The position numbers and the translations under genes are program-made. From Gordius albopunctatus (lineage: Eukaryota), in contig OZ193909.1 of assembly GCA_964276515.1 (NCBI GenBank), forward strand, positions 9,920,001 to 9,984,000: a stretch of DNA of 64,000 nt, given 5' to 3'. The notes beneath the pieces were generated by a model. It had not been told where the DNA came from and searched no databases. It saw nothing but the letters and a program-made list of their open reading frames with translations. This document shows, piece after piece, positions 51,689 to 64,000 of this stretch. How positions within the stretch are numbered: position 1 is the first letter of the stretch; each line of letters begins with the position of its first letter.

Positions 51689-54600
51689 AAGCTAATTTGA
51701 GATTCTGATTAATCTCGATCGACTCCCTATAAGAAGTTTTAAGCTGCGAGAACTATCATTTTGAGGAAAGACAACGTTATATTGTTGCGATTAGTTTGTT
51801 TCATCGCGACGAGAGTGCTGAATTTTTGAAACATGCCATATGCGATGATTATTTCAAAGTAATAGTTATCTAATTGTGATAAATTTTAACTTCTTATCAT
51901 GAAAATCACGTCTGAAAATAACAACTTTCATCGGATGAATATGGTTTAATGGAAATAATTTTAAATATTTTGAGCTAAAAAATATATATTTTGTTATTTT
52001 ATGTAAAAGAACTTGAAAATATATATATATAAGTAAGCTAATTTTAGAATCCTATTATTCTCGATCGACTCCTTATAAGAAGTTTTAAGCTGCGAGAACT
52101 ATCATTTTGAGGAAAGACAACTTTATATTGTTGCGATTAGTTTGTTTCATCGCGACGTGAGTGCTGAATTTTTGAAACATGCTATATACGATGATTATTT
52201 CAAAGTAATAGTTATCTAATTGTGATAAATTTTTACTTCTTATCATGGAATACACGTCTGAAAATAACAACTTTCATCGGATGAATATGGTTTAATGGAA
52301 ATAATTTTAAATATTTTGAGCTAAAAAAATATATTTTTTGTTATTTTATGTAAAAGAGCTTGAAAAAATATATAAAAGTATGCTAATTTGAGATTCCTAT
52401 TAATCTCGATCGACTCCTTATAAGAAGTTTTAAGCTGCGAGAACTATCATTTTGAGGAAAGACAACGTTATATTGTTGCGATTATCATCGCGACGAGAGT
52501 GCTGAATTTTTGAAACATGCTATATGCGATGATTATTTCAAAGTAATAGTTATCTAATTGTGATAAATTTTTACTTCTTATCATGAAAATCACGTCTGAA
52601 AATAACAACTTTCATCGGATGAATATGGTTTAATGGAAATAATTTTAATTATTTTTAGCTAAAAAAATATTTTTTTTGTTATTTTATGTAAAAGAGCTTG
52701 AAAAAATATATAAAAGTAAGCTAATTTGAGATTCCTATTAATCTCGATCCACTCCTTATAAGAAGTTTTAAGCTGCGAGAACTATCATTTTGAGGAAAGA
52801 CAACGTTATATTGTTGCGATTAGTTTGTTTCATCGCGACGAGAGTGCTGAATTTTTGAAACATGCTATATGCGATGATTATTTCAAAGTAATAGTTATCT
52901 AATTGTGATAAATTTTTACTTCTTATCATGAAAATCACGTCTGAAAATAACAACTTTCATCGGATGAATATGGTTTAATGGAAATAATTTTAAATATTTT
53001 TAGCTAAAAAAATATTTTTTTTGTTATTTTATGTAAAAGAGCTTGAAAAAATATATAAAAGTAAGCTAATTTGAGATTCCTATTAATCTCGATCGACTCC
53101 TTATAAGAAGTTTAAAGCTGCGAGAACTATCATTTTGAGGAAAGTTAACGTTATATTGTTGCGATTAGTTTGTTTCATCGCGACGAGAGTGCTGAATTTT
53201 TGAAACATGCTATATGCGATGATTATTTCAAAGTAATATTTATCTAATTGTGATAAATTTTTACTTCTTATCATAGAATACACGTCTGAAAATAACAACT
53301 TTCATCGGATGAATATGGTTTAATGAAAATAATTTTAAATATTTTGAGCTGAAAAATATATTTTTTGTTATTTTGTGTAAAAGAGCTTGGAAATATATAT
53401 AAAAGTAAGCTAATTTGAGATTCCTATTAATCTCGATCGACTCCTTATAAGAAGTTTTAAGCTGCGAGAACTATCATTTTGAGGAAAGACAACGTTATAT
53501 TGTTCGATTAGTTTGTTTCATCGCAACGAGAGTGCTGAATTTTTGAAACATGCTATATGCGATGATTATTTCAAAGTAATAGTTATCTAATTGTGATAAA
53601 TTTTTACTTCTTATCATAGAATACACGTCTGAAAATAACAACTTTCATCGGATGAATATGGTTTAATGGAAATAATTTTAAATATTTTGAGCTGAAAAAT
53701 ATATTTTTTGTTATTTTGTGTAAAAGAGCTTGAAAATATATATAAAAGTAAGCTAATTTGAGATTCCTATTAATCTCGATCGACTCCTTATAAGAAGTTT
53801 AAAGCTGCGAGAACTATCATTTTGAGGAAAGTTAACGTTATATTGTTGCGATTAGTTTGTTTCATCGCGACGAGAGTGCTGAATTTTTGAAACATGCTAT
53901 ATGCGATGATTATTTCAAAGTAATAGTTATCTAATTGTGATAAATTTTTACTTCTTATCATGAAAATCACGTCTGAAAATAACAACTTTCATCGGATGAA
54001 TATGGTTTAATGGAAATAATTTTAAATATTTTTAGCTAAAAAAATATTTTTTTTGTTATTTTATGTAAAAGAGCTTGAAAAAATATATAAAAGTAAGCTA
54101 ATTTGAGATTCCTATTAATCTCGATCGACTCCTTATAAGAAGTTTAAAGCTGCGAGAACTATCATTTTGAGGAAAGTTAACGTTATATTGTTGCGATTAG
54201 TTTGTTTCATCGCGACGAGAGTGCTGAATTTTTGAAACATGCTATATGCGATGATTATTTCAAAGTAATATTTATCTAATTGTGATAAATTTTTACTTCT
54301 TATCATAGAATACACGTCTGAAAATAACAACTTTCATCGGATGAATATGGTTTAATGGAAATAATTTTAAATATTTTGAGCTGAAAAATATTATTTTTGT
54401 TATTTTGTGTAAAAGAGCTTGAAAAAATATATAAAAGTATGCTAATTTGAGATTCCTATTAATCTCGATCGACTCCTTATAAGAAGTTTTAAGCTGCGAG
54501 AACTATCATTTTGAGGAAAGACAACGTTATATTGTTCGATTAGTTTGTTTCATCGCAACGAGAGTGCTGAATTTTTGAAACATGCTATATGCGATGATTA

Positions 54601-57600
54601 TTTCAAAGTAATAGTTATCTAATTGTGATAAATTTTAACTTCTTATCATGAAAATCACGTCTGAAAATAACAACTTTCATCGGATGAATATGGTTTAATG
54701 GAAATAATTTTAAATATTTTGAGCTGAAAAATATATTTTTAGTTATTTTGTGTAAAAGAGCTTGAAAAAATATATAAAAGTATGCTAATTTGAGATTCCT
54801 ATTAATCTCGATCGACTCCTTATAAGAAGTTTTAAGCTGCGAGAACTATCATTTTGAGGAAAGACAACGTTATATTGTTGCGATTAGTTTGTTTCATCGC
54901 GACGAGAGTGCTGAATTTTTGAAACATGCTATATGCGATGATTATTTCAAAGTAATAGTTATCTAATTGTGATAAATTTTAACTTCTTATCATGAAAATC
55001 ACGTCTGAAAATAACAACTTTCATCGGATGAATATGGTTTAATGGAAATAATTTTAAATATTTTGAGCTGAAAAATATATTTTTAGTTATTTTGTGTAAA
55101 AGAGCTTGAAAAAATATATAAAAGTATGCTAATTTGAGATTCCTATTAATCTCGATCGACTCCTTATAAGAAGTTTTAATCTGCGAAAACTATCATTTTG
55201 AGGAAAGACAACGTTATATTGTTGCGATTAGTTTGTTTCATCGCGACGAGAGTGCTGAATTTTTGAAACATGCTATATGCGATGATTATTTCAAAGTAAT
55301 AGTTATCTAATTGTGATAAATTTTTACTTCTTATCATGAAAATCACGTCTGAAAATAACAACTTTCATCGGATGAATATGGTTTAATGGAAATAATTTTA
55401 AATATTTTTAGCTAAAAAAATATATTTTTTGTTATTTTATGTAAAAGAGCTTGAAAAAATATATAAAAGTATGCTAATTTGAGATTCCTATTAATCTCGA
55501 TCGACTCCTTATAAGAAGTTTTAAGCTGCGAGAACTATCATTTTGAGGAAAGACAACGTTATATTGTTGCGATTAGTTTGTTTCATCGCGACGAGAGTGC
55601 TGAATTTTTGAAACATGCTATATGCGATGATTATTTCAAAGTAATAGTTATCTAATTGTGATAAATTTTAACTTCTTATCATGAAAATCACGTCTGAAAA
55701 TAACAACTTTCATCGGATGAATATGGTTTAATGGAAATAATTTTAAATATTTTGAGCTGAAAAATATATTTTTAGTTATTTTGTGTAAAAGAGCTTGAAA
55801 AAATATATATAAGTAAGCTAATTTGAGATTCCTATTAATCTCGATCGACTCCTTATAAGAAGTTTTAAGCTGCGAGAACTATCATTTTGAGGAAAGACAA
55901 CGTTATATTGTTGCGATTATCATAGGACGAGAGTGCTGAATTTTTGAAACATGCTATATGCGATGATTATTTCAAAGTAATAGTTATCTAATTGTGATAA
56001 ATTTTTACTTCTTATCATGAAAATCACGTCTGAAAATAACAACTTTCATCGGATGAATATGGTTTAATGGAAATAATTTTAATTATTTTTAGCTAAAAAA
56101 ATATTTTTTTTGTTATTTTATGTAAAAGAGCTTGAAAAAATATATAAAAGTAAGCTAATTTGAGATTCCTATTAATCTCGATCCACTCCTTATAAGAAGT
56201 TTTAATCTGCGAAAACTATTATTTTGAGGAAAGACAACGTTATATTGTTGCGATTAGTTTGTTTCATCGCGACGAGAGTGCTGAATTTTTGAAACATGCT
56301 ATATGCGATGATTATTTCAAAGTAATAGTTATCTAATTGTGATAAATTTTTACTTCTTATCATGAAAATCACGTCTGAAAATAACAACTTTCATCGGATG
56401 AATATGGTTTAATGGAAATAATTTTAAATATTTTGAGCTGAAAAATATATTTTTTGTTATTTTGTGTAAAAGAGCTTGAAAATATATATAAAAGTAAGCT
56501 AATTTGAGATTCCTATTAATCTCGATCGACTCCTTATAAGAAGTTTTAAGCTGCGAGAACTATCATTTTGAGGAAAGACAACGTTATATTGTTCGATTAG
56601 TTTGTTTCATCGCAACGAGAGTGCTGAATTTTTGAAACATGCTATATGCGATGATTATTTCAAAGTAATAGTTATCTAATTGTGATAAATTTTTACTTCT
56701 TATCATGAAAATCACGTCTGAAAATAACAACTTTCATCGGATGAATATGGTTTAATGGAAATAATTTTAAATATTTTTAGCTAAAAAAATATTTTTTTTG
56801 TTATTTTATGTAAAAGAGCTTGAAAAAATATATAAAAGTAAGCTAATTTGAGATTCCTATTAATCTCGATCGACTCCTTATAAGAAGTTTTAAGCTGCGA
56901 GAACTATCATTTTGAGGAAAGTGAACGTTATATTGTTGCGATTAGTTTGTTTCATCGCGACGAGAGTGCTGAATTTTTGAAACATGCTATATGCGATGAT
57001 TATTTCAAAGTAATAGTTATCTAATTGTGATAAATTTTAACTTCTTATCATGAAAATCACGTCTGAAAATAACAACTTTCATCGGATGAATATGGTTTAA
57101 TGGAAATAATTTTAAAAATTTTGAGCTGAAAAATATATTTTTAGTTATTTTGTGTAAAAGAGCTTGAAAAAATATATAAAAGTATGCTAATTTGAGATTC
57201 CTATTAATCTCGATCGACTCCTTATAAGAAGTTTTAAGCTGCGAGAACTATCATTTTGAGGAAAGACAACGTTATATTGTTGCGATTATCATCGCGACGA
57301 TAGTGCTGAATTTTTGAAACATGACATATGCGATGATTATTTCAAAGTAATAGTTATCTAATTGTGATAAATTTTTACTTCTTATCATGGAAATCACGTC
57401 TGAAAATAACAACTTTCATCGGATGAATATGGTTTAATGGAAATAATTTTAAATATTTTGAGCTAAAAAAATATTTTTTTGTTATTTTATGTAAAAGAGC
57501 TTGAAAAAATATATAAAAGTAAGCTAATTTGAGATTCCTATTAATCTCGATCGACTCCTTATAAGAAGTTTTAAGCTACGAGAACTATCATTTTGAGGAA

Positions 57601-60600
57601 AGACAACGTTATATTGTTGCGATTATCATAGGACGAGAGTGCTGAATTTTTGAAACATGCTATATGCGATGATTATTTCAAAGTAATAGTTATCTAATTG
57701 TGATAAATTTTTACTTCTTATCATGAAAATCACGTCTGAAAATAACAACTTTCATCGGATGAATATGGTTTAATGGAAATAATTTTAATTATTTTTAGCT
57801 AAAAAAATATTTTTTTTGTTATTTTATGTAAAAGAGCTTGAAAAAATATATAAAAGTAAGCTAATTTGAGATTCCTATTAATCTCGATCCACTCCTTATA
57901 AGAAGTTTTAATCTGCGAAAACTATTATTTTGAGGAAAGACAACGTTATATTGTTGCGATTAGTTTGTTTCATCGCGACGAGAGTGCTGAATTTTTGAAA
58001 CATGCTATATGCGATGATTATTTCAAAGTAATAGTTATCTAATTGTGATAAATTTTAACTTCTTATCATGAAAATCACGTCTGAAAATAACAACTTTCAT
58101 CGGATGAATATGGTTTAATGGAAATAATTTTAAATATTTTGAGCTGAAAAATATATTTTTAGTTATTTTGTGTAAAAGAGCTTGAAAAAATATATAAAAG
58201 TATGCTAATTTGAGATTCCTATTAATCTCGATCGACTCCTTATAAGAAGTTTTAATCTGCGAAAACTATCATTTTGAGGAAAGACAACGTTATATTGTTG
58301 CGATTAGTTTGTTTCATCGCGACGAGAGTGCTGAATTTTTGAAACATGCTATATGCGATGATTATTTCAAAGTAATAGTTATCTAATTGTGATAAATTTT
58401 TACTTCTTATCATGAAAATCACGTTAAAAAATAACAACTTTCATCGGATGAATATGGTTTAATGGAAATAATTTTAAATATTTTGAGCTAAAAAATTATA
58501 TTTTTTGTTATTTTATCTAAAAGAGCTTGAAAAAATATGTAAAAGTAAGCTAATTTGAGATTCATATTAATCTCGATCGACTCCTTATAAGAAGTTTAAA
58601 GCTGCGAGAACTATCATTTTGAGGAAAGACAACGTTATATTGTTGCGATTAGTTTGTTTCATCGCGACGAGAGTGCTGAATTTTTGAAACATGCCATATG
58701 CGATGATTATTTCAAAGTAATAGTTATCTAATTGTGATAAATTTTAACTTCTTATCATGAAAATCACGTCTGAAAATAACAACTTTCATCGGATGAATAT
58801 GGTTTAATGGAAATAATTTTAAATATTTTGAGCTGAAAAATATATTTTTAGTTATTTTGTGTAAAAGAGCTTGAAAAAATATATAAAAGTATGCTAATTT
58901 GAGATTCCTATTAATCTCGATCGACTCCTTATAAGAAGTTTTAATCTGCGAAAACTATCATTTTGAGGAAAGACAACGTTATATTGTTGCGATTAGTTTG
59001 TTTCATCGCGACGAGAGTGCTGAATTTTTGAAACATGCTATATGCGATGATTATTTCAAAGTAATAGTTATCTAATTGTGATAAATTTTTACTTCTTATC
59101 ATGAAAATCACGTTAAAAAATAACAACTTTCATCGGATGAATATGGTTTAATGGAAATAATTTTAAATATTTTGAGCTAAAAAATTATATTTTTTGTTAT
59201 TTTATCTAAAAGAGCTTGAAAAAATATGTAAAAGTAAGCTAATTTGAGATTCATATTAATCTCGATCGACTCCTTATAAGAAGTTTAAAGCTGCGAGAAC
59301 TATCATTTTGAGGAAAGACAACGTTATATTGTTGCGATTAGTTTGTTTCATCGCGACGAGAGTGCTGAATTTTTGAAACATGCCATATGCGATGATTATT
59401 TCAAAGTAATAGTTATCTAATTGTGATAAATTTTTACTTCTTATCATGAAAATCACGTCTGAAAATAACAACTTTCATCGGATGAATATGGTTTAATGGA
59501 AATAATTTTAAATATTTTTAGCTAAAAAAATATTTTTTTTGTTATTTTATGTAAAAGAGCTTGAAAAAATATATAAAAGTAAGCTATCTTGAGATTCCTA
59601 TTAATCTCGATCGACTCCTTATAAGAAGTTTAAAGCTGCGAGAACTATCATTTTGAGGAAAGACAACGTTATATTGTTGCGATTATCATCGCGACGATAG
59701 TGCTGAATTTTTGAAACATGCTATATGCGATGATTATTTCAAAGTAATAGTTATCTAATTGTGATAAATTTTTACTTCTTATCATGAAATTCACGTCTGA
59801 AAATAACAACTTTCATCGGATGAATATGGTTTAATGGAAATAATTTTAATTATTTTTAGCTAAAAAAATATTTTTTTTGTTATTTTATGTAAAAGAGCTT
59901 GAAAAAATATATAAAAGTAAGCTAATTTGAGATTCCTATTAATCTCGATCCACTCCTTATAAGAAGTTTTAATCTGCGAAAACTATTATTTTGAGGAAAG
60001 ACAACGTTATATTGTTGCGATTAGTTTGTTTCATCGCGACGAGAGTGCTGAATTTTTGAAACATGCTATATGCGATGATTATTTCAAAGTAATAGTTATC
60101 TAATTGTGATAAATTTTAACTTCTTATCATGAAAATCACGTCTGAAAATAACAACTTTCATCGGATGAATATGGTTTAATGGAAATAATTTTAAATATTT
60201 TGAGCTGAAAAATATATTTTTAGTTATTTTGTGTAAAAGAGCTTGAAAAAATATATAAAAGTATGCTAATTTGAGATTCCTATTAATCTCGATCGACTCC
60301 TTATAAGAAGTTTTAATCTGCGAAAACTATCATTTTGAGGAAAGACAACGTTATATTGTTGCGATTAGTTTGTTTCATCGCGACGAGAGTGCTGAATTTT
60401 TGAAACATGCTATATGCGATGATTATTTCAAAGTAATAGTTATCTAATTGTGATAAATTTTTACTTCTTATCATGAAAATCACGTTAAAAAATAACAACT
60501 TTCATCGGATGAATATGGTTTAATGGAAATAATTTTAAATATTTTGAGCTAAAAAATTATATTTTTTGTTATTTTATCTAAAAGAGCTTGAAAAAATATG

Positions 60601-63600
60601 TAAAAGTAAGCTAATTTGAGATTCATATTAATCTCGATCGACTCCTTATAAGAAGTTTAAAGCTGCGAGAACTATCATTTTGAGGAAAGACAACGTTATA
60701 TTGTTGCGATTAGTTTGTTTCATCGCGACGAGAGTGCTGAATTTTTGAAACATGCCATATGCGATGATTATTTCAAAGTAATAGTTATCTAATTGTGATA
60801 AATTTTAACTTCTTATCATGAAAATCACGTCTGAAAATAACAACTTTCATCGGATGAATATGGTTTAATGGAAATAATTTTAAATATTTTGAGCTGAAAA
60901 ATATATTTTTAGTTATTTTGTGTAAAAGAGCTTGAAAAAATATATAAAAGTATGCTAATTTGAGATTCCTATTAATCTCGATCGACTCCTTATAAGAAGT
61001 TTTAATCTGCGAAAACTATCATTTTGAGGAAAGACAACGTTATATTGTTGCGATTAGTTTGTTTCATCGCGACGAGAGTGCTGAATTTTTGAAACATGCT
61101 ATATGCGATGATTATTTCAAAGTAATAGTTATCTAATTGTGATAAATTTTTACTTCTTATCATGAAAATCACGTTAAAAAATAACAACTTTCATCGGATG
61201 AATATGGTTTAATGGAAATAATTTTAAATATTTTGAGCTAAAAAATTATATTTTTTGTTATTTTATCTAAAAGAGCTTGAAAAAATATGTAAAAGTAAGC
61301 TAATTTGAGATTCATATTAATCTCGATCGACTCCTTATAAGAAATTTAAAGCTGCGAGAACTATCATTTTGAGGAAAGACAACGTTATATTGTTGCGATT
61401 AGTTTGTTTCATCGCGACGAGAGTGCTGAATTTTTGATCACGTTAAAAAATAACAACTTTCATCGGATGAATATGGTTTAATGGAAATAATTTTAAATAT
61501 TTTGAGCTAAAAAATTATATTTTTTGTTATTTTATCTAAAAGAGCTTGAAAAAATATGTAAAAGTAAGCTAATTTGAGATTCATATTAATCTCGATCGAC
61601 TCCTTATAAGAAGTTTAAAGCTGCGAGAACTATCATTTTGAGGAAAGACAACGTTATATTGTTGCGATTAGTTTGTTTCATCGCGACGAGAGTGCTGAAT
61701 TTTTGAAACATGACATATGCGATGATTATTTCAAAGTAATAGTTATCTAATTGTGATAAATTTTTACTTCTTATGATGGAATACACGTCTGAAAATAACA
61801 ACTTTCATCGGATGAATATGGTTTAATGGAAATAATTTTAAATATTTTGAGCTGAAAAATATATTTTTAGTTATTTTGTGTAAAAGAGCTTGAAAAAATA
61901 TATAAAAGTATGCTAATTTGAGATTCCTATTAATCTCGATCGACTCCTTATAAGAAGTTTTAATCTGCGAAAACTATCATTTTGAGGAAAGACAACGTTA
62001 TATTGTTGCGATTAGTTTGTTTCATCGCGACGAGAGTGCTGAATTTTTGAAACATGCTATATGCGATGATTATTTCAAAGTAATAGTTATCTAATTGTGA
62101 TAAATTTTTACTTCTTATCATGAAAATCACGTTAAAAAATAACAACTTTCATCGGATGAATATGGTTTAATGGAAATAATTTTAAATATTTTGAGCTAAA
62201 AAATATATTTTTTGTTATTTTATGTAAAAGAGCTTGAAAAAATATATAGAAGTAAGCTAATTTGAAAATCCTATTAATCTCGATCGACTCCTTATAATAA
62301 GTTTTAAGCTGCGAGAACTATCATTTTGAGGAAAGACAACGTTATATTGTTGCGATTATCATCGCGACGAGAGTGCTGAATTTTTGAAACATGCTATATG
62401 CGATCATTATTTCAAAGTAATAGTTATCTAATTGTGATAAATTTTTACTTCTTATGATGGAATACACGTCTGAAAATAACAACTTTCATCGGATGAATAT
62501 GGTTTAATGGAAATAATTTTAAATATTTTGAGCTGAAAAATATATTTTTTGTTATTTTATGTAAAAGAGCTTGAAAAAATATATAAAAGTAAGCTAATTT
62601 GAGATTCCTATTAATCTCGATCGACTCCTTATAAGAAGTTTAAAGCTGCGAGAACTATCATTTTGAGGAAAGACAACGTTATATTGTTGCGATTAGTTTG
62701 TTTCATCGCGACGAGACTGCTGAATTTTTGAAACATGCTATATGCGATGATCATCTCAAAGTAATAGTTATCTAATTGTGATAAATTTTTACTTCTTATC
62801 ATGGAATACACGTCTGAAAATAACAACTTTCATCGGATGAATATGGTTTATTGCAAATAATTTTAAATATTTTGAGCTAAAAAACGATATTTTTTGTTAT
62901 TTTATGTAAAAGAGCTTGAAAAAATATGTAAAAGTAAGCTAATTTGAGATTCCTATTAATCTCGATCGACTCCTTATAAGAAGTTTTAATCTGCGAAAAC
63001 TATCATTTTGAGGAAAGACAACGTTATATTGTTGCGATTAGTTTGTTTCATCGCGACGAGAGTGCTGAATTTTTGAAACATGCTATATGCGATGATTATT
63101 TCAAAGTAATAGTTTTCTAATTGTGATAAATTTTTACTTCTTATCATGAAATTCACGTCTGAAAATAACAACTTTCATCGGATGAATATGGTTTAATGGA
63201 AATAATTTTAAATATTTTGAGCTGAAAAATATATTTTTTGTTATTTTGTGTAAAAGAGCTTGAAAAAATATATAAAAGTAAGCTAATTTGAGATTCCTAT
63301 TAATCTCGATCGACTCCTTATAAGAAGTTTTAAGCTGCGAGAACTATCATTTTGTTGAGAGACAACGTTATATTGTTGCGATTAGTTTGTTTCATCGCGA
63401 CGAGACTGCTGAATTTTTGAAACATGCTATATGCGATGATCATCTCAAAGTAATAGTTATCTAATTGTGATAAATTTTTACTTCTTATCATGAAAATCAC
63501 GTCTGAAAATAACAACTTTCATCGGATGAATATGGTTTAATGGAAATAATTTTAAATATTTTGAGCTGAAAAATATATTTTTTGTTATTTTGTGTAAAAG

Positions 63601-64000
63601 AGCTTGAAAAAATATATAAAAGTATGTTAATTTGAGATTCATATTAATCTCGATCGACTCCTTATAATAAGTTTTAAGCTGCGAGAACTATCATTTTGAG
63701 GAAAGACAACGTTATATTGTTGCGATTATCATCGCGACGAGAGTGCTGAATTTTTGAAACATGCTATATGCGATGATTATTTCAAAGTAATAGTTATCTA
63801 ATTGTGATAAATTTTTACTTCTTATCATGAAAATCACGTCTGAAAATAACAACTTTCATCGGATGAATATGGTTTAATGGAAATAATTTTAAATATTTTT
63901 AGCTAAAAAAATATTTTTTTTGTTATTTTATGTAAAAGAGCTTGAAAAAATATATAAAAGTAAGCTAATTTGAGATTCCTATTAATCTCGATCGACTCCT
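51688..64000. repeat. Satellite B tandem array (~343-346-bp monomer, ~36 copies; ~338-bp and 269-bp variants)
   Basis: The GACTCC part of anchor CTCGATCGACTCCTTATAAG recurs at 51721, 52067, 52412, 52750 (CACTCC variant), 53095, 53439 and onward to the window end. It does not align colinearly to satellite A by eye. Confidence 0.99.
57600..61700. repeat. 6-monomer HOR of satellite B, period 2061 bp, containing 689-bp dimers
   Basis: Identical ORFs at 58252/60313 and 58941/61002 (2061 apart) and at 58252/58941 and 60313/61002 (689 apart). Shared alleles CACGTTAAAAAA and TTATCTAAAAG. Ends are approximate. Confidence 0.85.

Noticed and set aside
51560..51940. Homology between inverted A and B from shared words (TTTTGAGGA, TATATTGTTG, AACTTTCAT)
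   Set aside because: The order and spacing are not colinear, and another shared word (AGTTTGTTTC) is in the opposite relative orientation. A few 9-10-mer matches are expected between AT-rich ~350-mers.
52085..63515. Repeated 61-65-aa minus-strand ORFs (MLFSDV...) in satellite B
   Set aside because: They have a non-ATG start and no recognisable domain, and are often disrupted by stops and by 1-bp and 7-bp frameshifts.
1..64000. CRISPR array or other repeat-spacer/cassette system
   Set aside because: There are no unique spacers: whole monomers are repeated. No cas, integrase or recombinase gene is present.
1..64000. Tandem 5S rRNA, tRNA or snRNA gene array, or telomeric repeat
   Set aside because: I recognise no Pol III boxes, cloverleaf, structured GC-rich core or short telomeric unit in either monomer. 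An Rfam/Infernal search would be the formal test.

Overview
The whole window is AT-rich tandem satellite DNA, typical of eukaryotic centromeric or pericentromeric heterochromatin. I find no credible gene, RNA gene, transposon or CRISPR array; every listed ORF is a chance open frame inside a repeat monomer. Layout: (1) satellite A, ~350-bp monomer, + orientation, 1-37174. It shifts from subfamily A1 (full-length monomers) to subfamily A2, which mixes ~346-350-bp monomers with ~270-274-bp monomers carrying a 76-bp deletion, in local higher-order repeats (HORs) of 2452, 3689 and 3639 bp. (2) A 200-N scaffold gap, 37175-37374. (3) Satellite A in the opposite orientation, 37375-51688: about two A2 monomers, then A1 with a 3496-bp HOR. 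(4) An abrupt junction to a different ~344-bp satellite B, 51688-64000, with 689-, 1032- and 2061-bp HORs. Most notable: the mirror-symmetric A1>A2|A2<A1 layout with both contig ends stopping beside a TCATGA palindrome, a deletion of exactly 76 bp in both satellites, and the seamless A/B junction. The organism and centromere function cannot be determined from the sequence, and I cannot support a novel protein-coding system here.
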